A DNA stretch of 64,000 nucleotides from Botryllus schlosseri (Eukaryota): contig CM119372.1 of assembly GCA_051294905.1 (NCBI GenBank), positions 39,992,001-40,056,000 of the forward strand, read 5' to 3'. Positions 15,101 to 27,972 of the stretch are shown here, one piece after another. A model generated the notes under the pieces. The model did not search any database, was not told the origin of the DNA, and worked only from the letters and a program-made list of their open reading frames with translations. The position numbers and the translations under genes are program-made. How positions within the stretch are numbered: the first letter of the stretch is position 1; each line of letters begins with the position of its first letter.

Positions 15101-15446
15101 ACGAAAATGAAATGGAAGGGATGTCGATCCCAAAATCCACCCCAGGCTACGCTACTGTGAGTAGTAATGCCTGCAAGAACATCACACAACAGAACACCGG
15201 TATCACGATTCACGCCAAACCACGACAGTTGTTTTTTAGTTGTTCGGCTACTAGTTTTTTATAAATCTCCCACTAGAACTAGAACTACTAAACACAGTAG
15301 TTAGTTGGCCGTTAACTAAATCTAGATTTGTTGTTTGTACAATTTTGCTGCTCACCTGAGTTTTCCGTATTTTGATGATGCAATGACGCCTTTCTAGCGA
15401 TGTCGTGGGCTCCCGACTTCCTCGATACCCGAGTCCTCGTTTTCAT
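1..15446 (-). CDS. Forkhead-box transcription factor with C-terminal C2H2 zinc finger; spliced CDS join(15446-15356,5146-3893,3290-3126,2743-2543,1124-811,186-<1), 3' end outside window
   Basis: All junctions are GT-AG and phase-compatible (exon lengths 91,1254,165,201,314,186 = 737 codons, no stops). Forkhead domain [79 protein letters not shown] spans exons 2-3. Fox subclass not assignable by eye. Confidence 0.85.
811..1124 (-). CDS. Fox gene exon ([10 protein letters not shown]...[10 protein letters not shown])
   Basis: Acceptor TTTTCTATTTGTCAAG|, donor GAG|GTGAGA; frame of ORF 745..1041; GC-rich relative to flanks. Confidence 0.8.
2543..2743 (-). CDS. Fox gene exon ([17 protein letters not shown]...KHGEGPSL)
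   Basis: Acceptor TTTTCTTCTGTCAAG|, donor CTAG|GTTTGT; frame of ORF 2511..2804; phase 1 to phase 1. Confidence 0.75.
3126..3290 (-). CDS. Fox gene exon: forkhead wing ([15 protein letters not shown]) and basic NLS-like KRRRRR
   Basis: Acceptor CCCAG|TG restores codon GTG (Val of K-VPR); donor GAAA|GTAAGC. Confidence 0.9.
3893..5146 (-). CDS. Fox gene large exon: S/P-rich region plus N-terminal part of forkhead domain
   Basis: Within ORF 3840..5210; [17 protein letters not shown] helix-3 signature; donor AAAG|GTGATT at 3893. Confidence 0.93.
5317..5820 (+). repeat. Family-A ~480-bp MITE, representative copy; others ~413-775, 7165-7675, 9446-10771, 16060-16520(-), 16720-16960, 23795-24830 (two), 33725-34115(-), 55659-58204(-), 60670-61101(-)
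   Basis: Shared blocks ATCGCAGCATACGAAACATG, CACAGCATTGTCACAAAGTGCAATGAAATAGG and GATTCAGAATCGAATC; termini AGGGCTGGGCAC / CCAAGCCCT suggest hAT. Confidence 0.85.
8324..8701. mobile_element. hAT-like MITE (related copy ~19295-19735)
   Basis: TIR TAGGGTCACCATA / TATGGTAACCCTA; GGAGGAC subterminal repeats; TSD degenerate. Confidence 0.7.
9696..10537. mobile_element. hAT-like MITE hosting 9862-10316, itself inside a family-A MITE
   Basis: TIR TAGGGTTGCATT / AATGCAACCCTA; TSD TCCACAGC / CCCACAAC (6/8); family-A sequence continues on both sides. Confidence 0.8.
9862..10316. mobile_element. hAT Charlie-type MITE
   Basis: TIR CAGTGGTTCCCAACC; perfect TSD ATTTAGAG. Confidence 0.93.
11514..11791. 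mobile_element. hAT Charlie-type MITE
   Basis: TIR CAGTGGTTCTCAAAC; perfect TSD GATTAGAC. Confidence 0.93.
12815..13021. mobile_element. Small hAT MITE
   Basis: TIR CAGTGGCCTAG / CTACGCCACTG; TSD CAGCAGGC / CAGCAAGC. Confidence 0.75.
15356..15446 (-). CDS. Putative first coding exon of the Fox gene ([30 protein letters not shown])
   Basis: Acceptor TTTGTCAG ending 15466, ATG at 15446, donor TCAG|GTGAGC at 15356. Phase 1 matches the acceptor TTTCAAAG|CT at 5146. Confidence 0.6.
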
Positions 15447-18117
15447 CGTAGATCAACCGAACAACCTGACAAACGATTTTGATAGCAAAATTCGATTATT
15501 ATTGTTTAAAAAAATAAAGGGAAATAGAGTGACGCTTCTGGCATGAAAGCCATTTGCATCACAGCAACATAATGTTGTAATCAAAATGTTTAAAGTAGTC
15601 GAGTAGAAGTAGTTATTTTTCAAATTACGATATCGACTCGATATCATTTACGAACCGATCATAATCAGCTGGGCTCTAGTCTTACACATGGAAAATGGAC
15701 AAATTCGTACAGAAAACCAGGCTAGTTCGATTGTTCATTTGTTCAAGTATTCCTATTCAGGTTATGACGCATTTACGGCTTAGTAGGTGCGCGTGTAATA
15801 GTTCATTTCTCTTACGCAATCCGTGTATCACCTCGTACACCCGAATCACAAGTCTAAACAAGGCAACAAGCAGTGAACATGTGTCAAACACCGATCATCT
15901 AATCAGGCCACTGTGTCATTACGTACTAACAAATATTTCTGTTGCCAGTAGAGCGACTTTTGACGTATTTCGACCGAGCTTCACAGACGAGGCAAAACTG
16001 ACCACTACGGCTGGACAAAATCGAGAATTACTTGAATGATTCGATTGTGATTCGTGTATTAGGCCTCGAGACGAATATTCGAATATCACTCATTATGAAT
16101 TCACAACACTATGCAAAATGTTTAAATACGAGCCTTTTTATGTTACCATAAAGAATATAACGCCAGATTTACATCACATTAATGATTTTTGGTCTTTTTC
16201 CGACCGTGCCTATCTCATTGCACTTTGTGACAATGCTGTGGGTTTATCAAACCTTTGCATATTTGTTATATCCACTAACGTGCGTAGCTTTGTACTACAT
16301 GTTTCATATGCTGCGATATGACCAATCGAGGTTTAAAGGCTTCCACAGTGGAAAATACTATATCGAAACTATCATTCTCGTAGATAAAATAACTCTTAGA
16401 GGCAAGGAGCGTATCATTTGAGTTCTCGGAAAAATCCTCTCTCACGACTCGACTCGAATCATTAGAATTCATACTCGATTCAGATTCGAGTTCTTTAATC
16501 ATCGTGGTCAGCCCTGCTGACAACAATGATTCGCAATTTCGATAAAATAAACGATTCTCAGATGCATCGTATTGATTGGTACAGATATTCGAAAGACGCC
16601 ATGCTTTTATTGCGTGATATATTTACAAAACATGCTTCAGTAGCGATTCTTGTCCATGAAAACAATTTGACTTCAAGCCAGTCGCACATTGCTATCTTAC
16701 AACAAAATAGGAAAGGTGATATTTCTGCGAAGTCTCGATCAACCAGCAGCATTATCTGCCACAAAGTGTAATGAATCAGGTATGATCCAAAAAATACAAA
16801 AATATATTATCTGTGATGTAGAATTGGTATCATATTCTTCACGGTCGCATAAAAGGTACATACTTCATATTGTCATAAATCCATGATGAGCGATATTCGA
16901 CGCCTATAGTCCTTAATTCAGAATGGAACCACTCAGGTATTCGATTTCACCTAGCTCTATAAATCAGATAATTGTGTCTAACTGCTGCAAAAACCTGAAT
17001 ACCTCACTCATTAGGTTTGTAACATCACCAGCAAAGAATCTTGCAGGCCATGCATTTATGTTTTGGTTTGAATATTTACAAAATAGAACGAATGACATCA
17101 TCTGGCCTGTGTCACGGCAGCACGGTCTGTGACGCAACAGTGCCATTACTCGCGATTCGTCACCGTTAGTGCGCAGATGCTGAAGCGAAGTCACATCGTC
17201 CACAATAAGCAAGTGAGTTTAGTGGCGCTTTTAAATCAGGAATATGATTCACGATTGAATTGCATGAAACATGCTGTGGAACCAGACTTGGAAAACGAGA
17301 AAGTTCTCAGATTTTCCTAAATAGATTTGAACTAAAATTACTAAATTCGTCCAACTTGGAAATTTTGGTGCTAAAAAGTGTGGCGCCAAAAAGGTTAAGA
17401 TTATAGCTAGAGCGATATCGAATTTATGAGCCAATACCGACAAAACCGATAGTACCTAGTACCTTGACCGAAAATCCAGATATATTCAGTTGATATTCAC
17501 CAAATATGGTACCAAGCTTAAAGCGCATCTCCAAAAATTCTGACCATTGATTTGAACAGCTTTTCATCCAATTCTATGCTTGGACATGAAATAAACTAGA
17601 GAGGCTACATCTGAACACTTGTATGATACAAAAATAACTCATTATTTCCATTCCAGCATTCGCAGATTATAACTGTCTCAATCCTTACTACCATGTTGTG
17701 ACGTTACGAAAATTCCCGATATTTTTACGTCTAACAGCCGATACCGATATTTCTCTGGAAGTGTGGTATCGACTCAATATGATTAGAGTAACGATAATCA
17801 TAATCGGTCGGGACCTAGGTAAGAAACACAGATTTAGACCATGGGTATCGCTTTTATAAAAGGTCAAACCAGCAATTATAATTGAGTTAAAATACGAAAA
17901 ATGTCATTCAATGTTGATATGTAAGATATTTGTAAATAAAATAATCCGTCCACTAATCATCATCACGCACCTTGTTTTCTTAACTGGGGCTTCAAACGAA
18001 CCCCATGGATTCGTAGGAGGTGAAAACACGAGCCCGACTCAAACAGCAAAAGTTCTATTGATTACCGGTTAATATTCGTTACATTATTTTTTATTTGTGT
18101 GACATCATGTTATTGAT

Positions 18118-18390
18118 GGTTTGGTTTTCTTAAGACTGCTGTATGTTTGGTATGCATGGTGTGTCGACTGGTCATTTTACACCAGGCCGATATTCTCCAT
18201 TTTGATTTCGTATTGACCGACTCGTAGCACGACCCACTTCACGGCTTTTATAAGACACCGCTTACACGGATGATATGGTGAGGAGGAGCCTAGATAAACC
18301 TCCAACACTTGGATAGGCCTTCTGGAGTCGAACTCGAACCAACAACCCATTGATGTTGCAGCTAAGGATCATACCACTACAATGTATGAC
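18118..18390 (-). mobile_element. tRNA-derived SINE (family 1); other copies ~8870-9095(+), 32950-33140(+), 62045-62305(-)
   Basis: A-box-like TGTAGTGGT and B-box GTTCGACTCC in head; shared body GAAGTGGGCCGTGCTAC...ATCGGCCTGGTGTAAATGACCA; (CAA)n tail in the 9 kb copy. Confidence 0.75.
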
Positions 18391-21069
18391 CGCAACACTG
18401 TTGCGGATGCAGAGTCCATTTTGGGCTCCAGTATGTATCAGAAACCTGGTCAACACTGAAACCCAAATTTTTTCTGAAAGTGGCATGGCCAAAAATAGAC
18501 GACATCCGACATACTATGTTCTGGTATTTGAATCCCAGCAGTTTTTACAAGTCTGATCACAATTTGCAAGCACATTTGCATCGAACGATGTTTCGTTGTA
18601 AAATCGCGACCTTCGCCCACGTTTACGAATAGAAAGATGTCAGACCGGCGGCGTATGATAATAAAGCGTTGACTACGCGGTTACTAAAACACAAAGAATC
18701 CCGAACCAACAGGGAATCGACCGAGAGTCAACACGATCATCGAACAGTCATTTGTGTTTCAGGCCGCTTTTGTAAACACGAAAATATTTTCCCGCTTCTC
18801 GATTGGACTTTCCAATGTCGTGGGACGGTTCCGTCGAAAAACAATAAAAAATCACAACCACAGCGGTTATTTTTGTTGACTTTGACTGCGCATCCTGCAT
18901 CACTGTGATGTGAGACTTTCAAGGTGTTTACGAAAGACTACTCGAACCTTTTGGTGGTGATTCGGATTATAGGAATAAACTGGCTTGTAGATATTATCAT
19001 GATCCGAATCCATAATGATTGCGAATATTCTGAAAATCTGAGTTCAATTGGATAATATACTCATATTGAAGTATAAGCCCTAATATTTTTGGTTGACATC
19101 AGGGCTAATCGTCAGCAACTACAAGAGAATTAAATCGATATTAAAAGTTTTGTCCGGAAACGGAAATTCTTAATTGGAACAGGAAGTAGTCTAGAATCAT
19201 AACTCATCGAGTAATTGCTGCAAGCAGGCAAAATCCACTTTTGGTACCCAGAAAAAGTACTCTGACAGTACTTAGTAACTCACCACCTCACCTTTAGGGT
19301 TACCGCTCGTCCTCCTTTAGAAGAATTTGCCCTTGTTTTTCAGGAAATTGAAAATGTCCTCCGAAGACACTCAAACGTCCTCCTTTTTGGAAATCCTTCC
19401 TCCTTTACAGCTTTAACAGCCAGGCTATTAATTGATGTAATGGACAGGGTCAACTGCAAATCTGCATAAATGGCGCGAAGCATGTAATACGGACGTTTGA
19501 GCGGGTCATTCGGGAGTCGAATCGGAGTGATGACAATTTTTTCAGTCAAAATCACTGAATTATCGTAAAAATTCGGTAATTCGGGAGTCGAGTCAAAGTA
19601 ATCACTTTTTTAAGTCAACACTACAAGATTTCCAGTAAATATTTCAAAATCAGCTGTTTTCAATTTCGGTCAATTAGCTTCTATGTTTTGGTAAAAGTGT
19701 CCTCCTCTCCCGATTCAGAAATATGGTAGGCCTACTCAACTAATTTCAAGTGTCCAGCCGGGGCCTATACGATAACTAAACAATGATTTACCAAAGGCCC
19801 TGGTCCGGCCTTTGGAGTTTATTTCATATCCAAGCATTGAAATGGCTCCGAAGTTCTGGAAATGCGCCATAATTGAGATACCAAATCGGCTGAATGTATC
19901 GGGTTTATCGGCGAAGGTCAGACTTGAACTAGATAATTCTCGTTGTCTAATCAGTCCAATTAGAGCGAAATGCCGCTAATCTATTTCGAATCTAATTTGT
20001 GAATTCTTTCTTCGCTCTAATTCTAATTTCAATTCGGTTTGTGAAATGTTTCTATGCTCATTTTTATACTAATCTAATTTCTGGTTTCCCTGAAATGCTA
20101 GGGGAACTGTATCGTGCGAAACGAGCCAGGCTTTGCGTACAGACGCTTACCTTTTTTTAAAGAATCAACTCTGACGTGATATGAAAGGAGCTTGGCTCAA
20201 TGTCCATTCGCGAATTTGGTAATTCTAATTCTGATCTAATTCGAAAGAAAAGACTGTGTAGCTATCATTCTAATTGTAATCTAGTTTTGAATAGCTGAAC
20301 ATTTTCTAGTTGCACGAGTTTGGGGAAGGTGCTAGTTATCAGTTTGATCGTTATCGGCTCAAAAATTCAATGTCAGTCGGGATCTAGTCGTGACGCAACC
20401 CGATCATTTGCAGCAGGTCGGAAATTTGTTCGTTCCGACGAGGTTTCGGTTTCGTGGAAGCTCCACAGTCCACATACAACAGACTTGGACAACTATAGAC
20501 AGTTCCTAGTTGCTTAATAATGAAATGTCGTTAATCTACTGTAATTCCATTTTGTGAAATGCTTCTACTCTCTCATTTAATCTCATTTCTGCTTTTCCTG
20601 AAAATGCTACAGGAAAACTGTAATATTATGAAACGAGTCAAACTTGGTGTAGAGCCATTTGCCATTCGCATCAGAATCAGCTCCGGTTTGATGACTTGAA
20701 GTGATTTTGATTTATGTTCTATTTCTGTCCAACCCGGAAAGTAATCAATATTTTTGCGAATTCACTCATTCTAATTGCAGTCAAATTTGGAAAAACGTGT
20801 GCAGCTATCATCCTAATGTAATCAAATTTGCACGAAGACTGAAGATGTTCTAGTTGCTCAAATCTGGGATCCGGATTCCATCTCACCAACTCTTGCATCA
20901 TTATCCTACCGGCGAACCGTCTACAAATAGTACAACGTCAGATATGATCGCTGCAATGTCACGCTATTTACATCCAAAGCGATTTGTATACTATGTTTAC
21001 ATTACCGGAATAATAGGTTTGTTCGATGCGATTTCGCAGCAGTTGAGAATTTCAAGAAACTCGCTAGCG

Positions 21070-22524
21070 CAGCGGTTCTCAACCGGGGGTCCTCGAAGCA
21101 ATTTCAGGGGGTCAGCGAGACCTCAACATTTTTTAAATGGTTGATAACCTAATTTTTATTTCGTTTTTTAATTTGAGAAAGCATGAGGCAGTTTCGCACC
21201 ACAACTGCTAAAACCTCATGATTCATATCATCATAATAATCGTTTGACATGAACTATCGCAGTGTGGAAATTCATTTTCATTACCAATTTTCCCATAACC
21301 TGCTGAAACAATATATTGCTGTTTAAAGACATTTTGTTGGGGTTTGTGGAAAAGATAAAAATATGGAGATAGTAACGTCAACCAGGGTGGCTTCTTAATG
21401 TCTGCGAAACCTTCTCCATTTAAAGTTCTCAGACTCATCAAATTAGTAAACAGTCGTTTGAAATAAAAATTTCCGACGTATTTCCCTGATTTGTCCCAAT
21501 GCAGATATTGAAACCTCGCCACGAAATCAATTTTATCCTGTGATATACATAACCACTATTTGAACAGCTTCTTGGAGGTACAGAACTTCAATTTACAATT
21601 GTATATTATATTCATATTGGAATGGACCCGAATATTTTCGGGTGACATTGGTCATAAATCGGACAATGATATGCCTGCGTTTAAAGCTCGGCTATCTGAT
21701 TTGGCGCATTCTTATTGAGGATGCCCTATCGACAAGGCTGTTTTTTTGATGAACAAGGAGTGTTTCGTTGCTATCAAAGCATTACGCTCCAACCCTGAAA
21801 TTCATATCACCAGTTATATTGGTATGCAGCCTTGTCTTTTTGTTGTTTAATTGTTCATCGTCGAAAATGTTTGCTAGTAAATAAATACGTAGATCCGAAC
21901 AAAACAAGTCGTTTCATGACAGTCTTTCTCGGGTTGGAAAACTTGGATCCAGTCTTTGGCGCATAAAATTTGTCTGTACTTTTAGATAAGTATTTCACTT
22001 TGAATGTGGAAACTCTCTGCGTGCCGAATCCGGTCCGCGGTCCGTATGTTGCCCGTTCCTGCGCTAGATGCTGGACGTGATATGTTCATAAAATATGTGT
22101 TTCTTCATTTTGGTGCCATAAATATTGCGATCACACCAAAAATATCGTCGTAAGCGTTATGCGTTAATATTGCATTAGCCTCCATTTATCTTTGCGGAAA
22201 TGGTTTTCGGCACTCCTCGTTCATATCAAAACGAAGACGCGGATTTTCAAGACACGACCACGTACCTCAAGAAATACAGCAGCAAAATTAGCTTTGAAAT
22301 AATAAAAGTCTACCAATTTCTACATAAATAGTATGATGTTATTTTCAAGCAAAAAACATGATTTTGCTGTTTATCACAAGCATACAGTTCATATTTGCAC
22401 AAGACAGACGAAGGTTGCACCACAACCACAATAGAGCTGAAATTGAACTAAAACTTGAGGGGGTCCGCGAGGGTCCGTGACGGTCAAAAGGGGTCCGCGA
22501 AGCCAAAAAGGTTGAGAACCACTG
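21070..22524 (+). mobile_element. Non-autonomous hAT Charlie/Buster element with transposase relic and foreign inserts
   Basis: TIR CAGCGGTTCTCAACC / GGTTGAGAACCACTG; perfect TSD CGCTAGCG; degenerate S-x-YLC-x-x-GFS...IKTK at ~22175-22240. Confidence 0.9.
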
Positions 22525-25500
22525 CGCTAGCGGAAGGCAAGTCCATGAAGCTGCACATTTCAGAAATGACTCAAAAATAGGGCCCGCGATTATCAACTCG
22601 CCGATCATATCGGGTCGACATCACAGTTTGAAAGAGATATCGGCATCGGCCATGAGAGGTCAAAAATACGGGACATTTTATTGATGTCACTACATGGTAT
22701 TCGTAGTAGAGAGTAGTGGTCGTTGGTCGCAAGAAGAATTATCATCGTAATTTCTACTCAAATACATGTATAGAAGTTTTGATATCCATTATTTATTAAT
22801 AAAATCATATTATGGTGCTTATAACAGCGTTGGTCTTTTGCACCACAAGCCAAAAATTCCATCAATAGCACAAGCTAACTTGAAAATTCAGTCTTGGATG
22901 TCCAAGTAAGTAAAAAGTAAGATTTCTGGCCTTTATTTGTGAAAACAGGAAGCCGTTAACCGAATTAGAAGCAGCGTTGCAGTTTAGACTGAAGTACAAG
23001 TACATAAGTAGCGATGTCCCAGTAAGTGAGCGAGAAAGTATTCTGGGATTATAATTTTGCGCTTTTGCCTACAAAGCTGAAAGTTATTATGAAGAAGAAG
23101 AAGTATTCTAAAATCATAACCACTTGAATAATCAGAACAAGTGGTCATAAATCTACGTGAGTACTCTGAAGTAAGTGTAAACAATCTGAACATCTCTGAC
23201 TTACAAACGTCCAGATACAGCGTTTCTAATTTATTCCATGTTCAAGAATAGCAATGGATGTAAAGGTATTCAACTAAATGTTCTCGAGTTTTGAAAATAC
23301 ACTTTAAACAAAAACACTATATTTCTTAACATTGGCAATAAATATCGAGGTTATCGGTGAAGGGGCTGGTTAGCGATTTATCGCGGCGACCATAAAGTCC
23401 ATATGTAAGAACAGCGCGCAATGTTTATACGAAACTACATCCGATTTCCTCGTTGTCCGAACTACAGGAGAAGTGAAAAGTGCAAACTGCGATTATCGAA
23501 ACCGCGCGGAACAATAACAACGGTTCCGCTCGATAAGAAACGATACCTTCGATTATTTTGGAAACGATCGCATCGTAAATAAACAGAACAAGCGATTTGT
23601 TTGAGGTCAATTTCAAACCACTTCCAATGGCTGCAGAAAACGTGAGATAGCAAATCTGGAAGAGGGCGAGGCTGCATTTTGCTGATCATCGGTATTTATT
23701 TACGTAAGTTTTGTTTAATCGACCCGGTTTCGACAGCGGCACAAAAGCGTGCGATTCAGCCCACACTGTGACGAAACATACCGGAGATAAGCAATGCTGG
23801 GCACAATGACCTCAGTTCTCGAATCAAATATTAACTCTAATGATTCGAGTCGAGTAGTGAATAGCGCTAGACTAAATCGAATAGTTTAGTGATTCGAATC
23901 TTAATCGAGTAGGGCTTCGAATAGAGTTTTCAACCATCACTCATGTTGAAATTATAACAGTTTATGGATTTGGAAAGTCGGAATATGTACCTTTTATGCG
24001 ACCACAAAGAATAGAATGCCAGTTGTACATCGCATGAAAGATTATTTGGTATTTTTTCTACCATCCCTATTTCATTGCACTTTGTGACAATGCTGTGGGT
24101 TGATCGCGACTTCACAGATATGTCTTTTCGGCAAACGTGCGTATAGGTTTGTACTACATGTTTCGTATGCTGCGGTACGACCAATGAAGGTTTACAGTCT
24201 TCCACAGTGAAACATAGTATGGACACTATCATTTTCGTTAGTTACAAGCAGCGTTTCATTTCAGCACCGAAAAAAATCATCTCCTCACTGCTCGACTGAA
24301 AACATTAGAATTAATACTCGATTGATTCTGCACGCCCTGAGTAGTGATAAGCGTTTTTTCGGGTACAGAAATAATGCGATGCATGCCATTAAGAGTCATA
24401 GTATCAACAATAATGATAGTTTCGATGCTTTATTCCCCATGTCGAATCCTTGAGACCTCGATTGGTGATATCGCAGCATACGAAGCATATTTTACAAACC
24501 TATACGCACGTTACTGGAAATGACATATCCGTGGAGTCGTGATCGACCCGGAGCATTGTCACATAGTGCAATAAAATGGGTAAGATAGAAACAATACCAA
24601 CTGCATGGCCATTTACTCAACTTTCCACGGCGATTCAGAATAAAACCACCAAATAACTTTAATATGATGTAGACCTGGCATTCTATTCTTTGTAGTCGCA
24701 TAACAGGTACAGATTTCAACTTTAAACATGTTTTATACTGTTTTGAAGCCATCATGAGCGATACTCGACGCCTAATAGGCCTATTCGCTCCAGAATCGAA
24801 TCACGCAGGTATTCGATTCTTCCAAGCCCCAAAGACAAGACGCAAGATGTTGCGAGCTAATCATTGTCGCAACAGCCGGGTCGGAAACTCATTAGCCGTA
24901 GACTCCGGAAGCAGATTCCATTAACGTCGTGTTTATTAGGAAACGAGAGTCGCTGTTTTGCCAGCGCGGTTCTAATTCGAGGAATAGCGAACGCGATTCT
25001 ATGACTTTGCGCAATATGTTGGGGCGATTAAAGTGTATGCTGATGTTACTCAGAGCGATAATGTGAAACCTTCATGATGAGACACTTCCGATCGAAGCGA
25101 TGGAATAAATATTTCCCCGCTATGTGTACTATATCGTCCGATCAGTACCGGGTTTTTGAGCATATGCCGATAAAATCGGTAACTAGGGCCGATCTATTCC
25201 ATGAACTCGCATTGTCAAAACATTTATTCGAACAACTTCACAGCCATCGCTACGCTTGGACACGAAATGAGCTTGAAAGGTTGCATCTGGACATCCGTTA
25301 GCAGCTCATAGGTCTGTAACGAAGTACTTCTGCATTTTCATAGTACTCAAGTAGATTTCACCTACTTGTACTAACTGCCCAAGTGGTTATGATTTCAGAC
25401 TACTTGTACTTAGCAGATTTTAGGTTATTTAGTCAAAACAAGATATATATGGTACTTCCGTTTTGCTTACTTGGAAATCGCTATTTCTTCTACTTGAGTC

Positions 25501-25560
25501 AAAATGCAATACGCTACTTCTACTCGAGTATAAACGATGAGGACTTTGATCTCCTCTGCC

Positions 25561-26074
25561 TAGGGTTGTAATGACTCGAGTCATCACTCGACTCGAGTCA
25601 ATTTGCGTATTGAGTCGATTTGTACTCGAGTCATTGCGCATGACTCGGACCAAGTCATATGACTCGAGACCTAGGTCTACCAAGACAGGCATTTCATTGT
25701 AATTTGGAAGAATAGTAAAGTTATTATACTGTTATTATTTCGTCTATCAGTACTGATACCTGAAAATACCACCAGAAACTGTTATAAGTAGGGAAGATTT
25801 GTATATTATGAATGCAGAGCATTCGATATCACCGAGCAGAGTTGTGAAAAGTGGGTTTGACATGACAACAATTCGGAACTGAACAGTCAACACAATGACT
25901 TGAACTCGGACTCGAGTCAAACACTATGACTCGGACTCTACACTCTACTCCGTGACTTGGACTCAGAATTGACTCGGTGGTGAATTGAAAATCACCAGAC
26001 TTAACTGGAGTCAAAACTATAAAAGTGAGATTGACTTGTGACTCGGAACCTTGTCTGACTTGGTTACAAACCTG
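25561..26074 (-). mobile_element. Short member of the GACTCGAGTC hAT family (relative of 44101-46819)
   Basis: TIR TAGGGTTGTAA / TTACAAACCTG; perfect TSD CCTCTGCC; same subterminal palindromic repeats. Confidence 0.9.
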
Positions 26075-26755
26075 CCTCTGCCTGCAATTAAGTGTTTCTT
26101 ACACTTTTTAGGCCCCGACCCAAACCTGAGTTTAATGGCATCTCACGACGCAAGCCGTAGTCATAAAAAAGAATCCATTTTGAATATGAGAATGCTACGT
26201 TTTACGGGCATTTCTTACATAGAGAGCGGCAGACAACATTTGTACGAAACGCAGCTGAAGCATGTCTGTCGCACGCTATTTAAAATTGGGGTGTAATATT
26301 TTTCTCTGGGTGTCACATTTGTACTACATTTGCACTGCTGTCCACTCAGATTGCAAGGATAGAACTGTGCCGGTGCCGACCAGTTATACATTCATATCAA
26401 TATCCAAGTTCTTGGCCAATCATCTTCGGTCATTTTTGCCCAAGATTTTATCGCCGCCGATCTTTTTGGAACCGCACCGTGCTCAGCCGTATGTATCCCA
26501 AAACTCCATGTATTGAGGTTTTCCGGTGCGGATGGGATTGGTCTCGGAATACCTGTGTCCCATAGTCTCGCACACTGCTGTTTTCCACTGCTGTTTTCCA
26601 CTGGTGCACACTGGTGTTTTCAAGAGACACGAATGCCGGATAAATCGTATCAGGAATCAAACCAATGACTGTTATACCTAGGTCGACACTTTTTCCTGAT
26701 CAAGCCATATTGTATAGCGAAATTTATATTTGTCCCGCTTCTTGGCTATAGTACC

Positions 26756-27972
26756 CAGGGCCGTGACAGCACTCCGTCAGCCCCCCCAAAAAAACGTTGG
26801 TCTTGGGCCCCCCATTGCTTGATTATCCGAACTTATGGGGGGCTTCGCCCCCAAGATCCCCCTTTGGCTGTCCGCTATTTGCCGCTACTTATTATCTATA
26901 CATTGACTGTCCGTTTAGTGAGTCAGCTATTCTCGCCTAGACGCGCGAAGCGCAAAGAATTTCGATAATTCATGAGTGAATCGGTCAATATGATCTGGAA
27001 TTTCATATATATTGCTATCAATTTTTATATTCTCTCTGTTCACGTAATCAGATTCACCGGTATAGCTGAGTGAGGTGTGTTTGAAAAGGTAGGACCCCCT
27101 CAATAATAATTAAACATCTTCGGGCGTACACCCGTTGGCAGGAACGAAACAGCACTTCGTCAGGCTCCCCAGGGTGATAAACCGACCCCCCATCACGCTG
27201 TTCGCTTTCGCCACATAATTAGCTGTACCGTTTAGCGAGCCAGCGCGAAAATGTTCGATAATTCATGATAAAATCGGTCAATAAGATCGGGGAATTGCAT
27301 ATATATTGCTATCAATTTCTTGTCCTCTCTGCTCACGTTATCAGATTTACCTGTAGAATTGAGTGAGTTGTCTTGGAAACTGTAGGGCCTGTAAATAATA
27401 ATTAAACATCATCGGGCGGGAGGACCCGTTGGTATGACTTCGTAACATGATGTTATTTCGTGACCTCCTGTCTGCTAATTGTTCCCTGCGGGATGGTATT
27501 CGTCTTCTGAGGTTCAGATTGCCATGACGGAAACATTCGGCGCCAGTCATTTAGGCGCCTATGGACAATTAAACCTATCTGTAGTTCGTATATATAACGA
27601 AATCTTCGGTCAGCTCAAGGGCAGTCCTTTTCGGTCAAGGTTTACGCGCTGCTGATCGTTCTGTCACACATCTTGGAGTCGCATGTAATATCTCCTAAAT
27701 CGTTATATGTCTTGGTGCGTCGTGGCGCGGTAATGGCCAACGCTATTATGTCCATTTCCATAAATCTTGCGTGTTTTTTCTTGGGGGAAGAATACCAAAT
27801 AATAAAGATATTTGGCAACTTGAAATCGCGCGAGGCGGAAAAACATTTCGAAAAAGTTGCATAAATTTTCAAAAAATACTCTATAATTTATGCTAATTCA
27901 CAAAATAATTTTGGGCCCCCCTCGAGCTCGCTCTCCAATTAGGGGGTTTGGGGTGCGGCAGTTACGGCCCTG
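26756..27972 (-). mobile_element. Non-autonomous deletion derivative of the 40642-51320 hAT family
   Basis: TIR CAGGGCCGTGAC / GTTACGGCCCTG; perfect TSD ATAGTACC; right ~500 bp is the reverse complement of 40642-41120; internal ~290-bp duplication. Confidence 0.92.
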
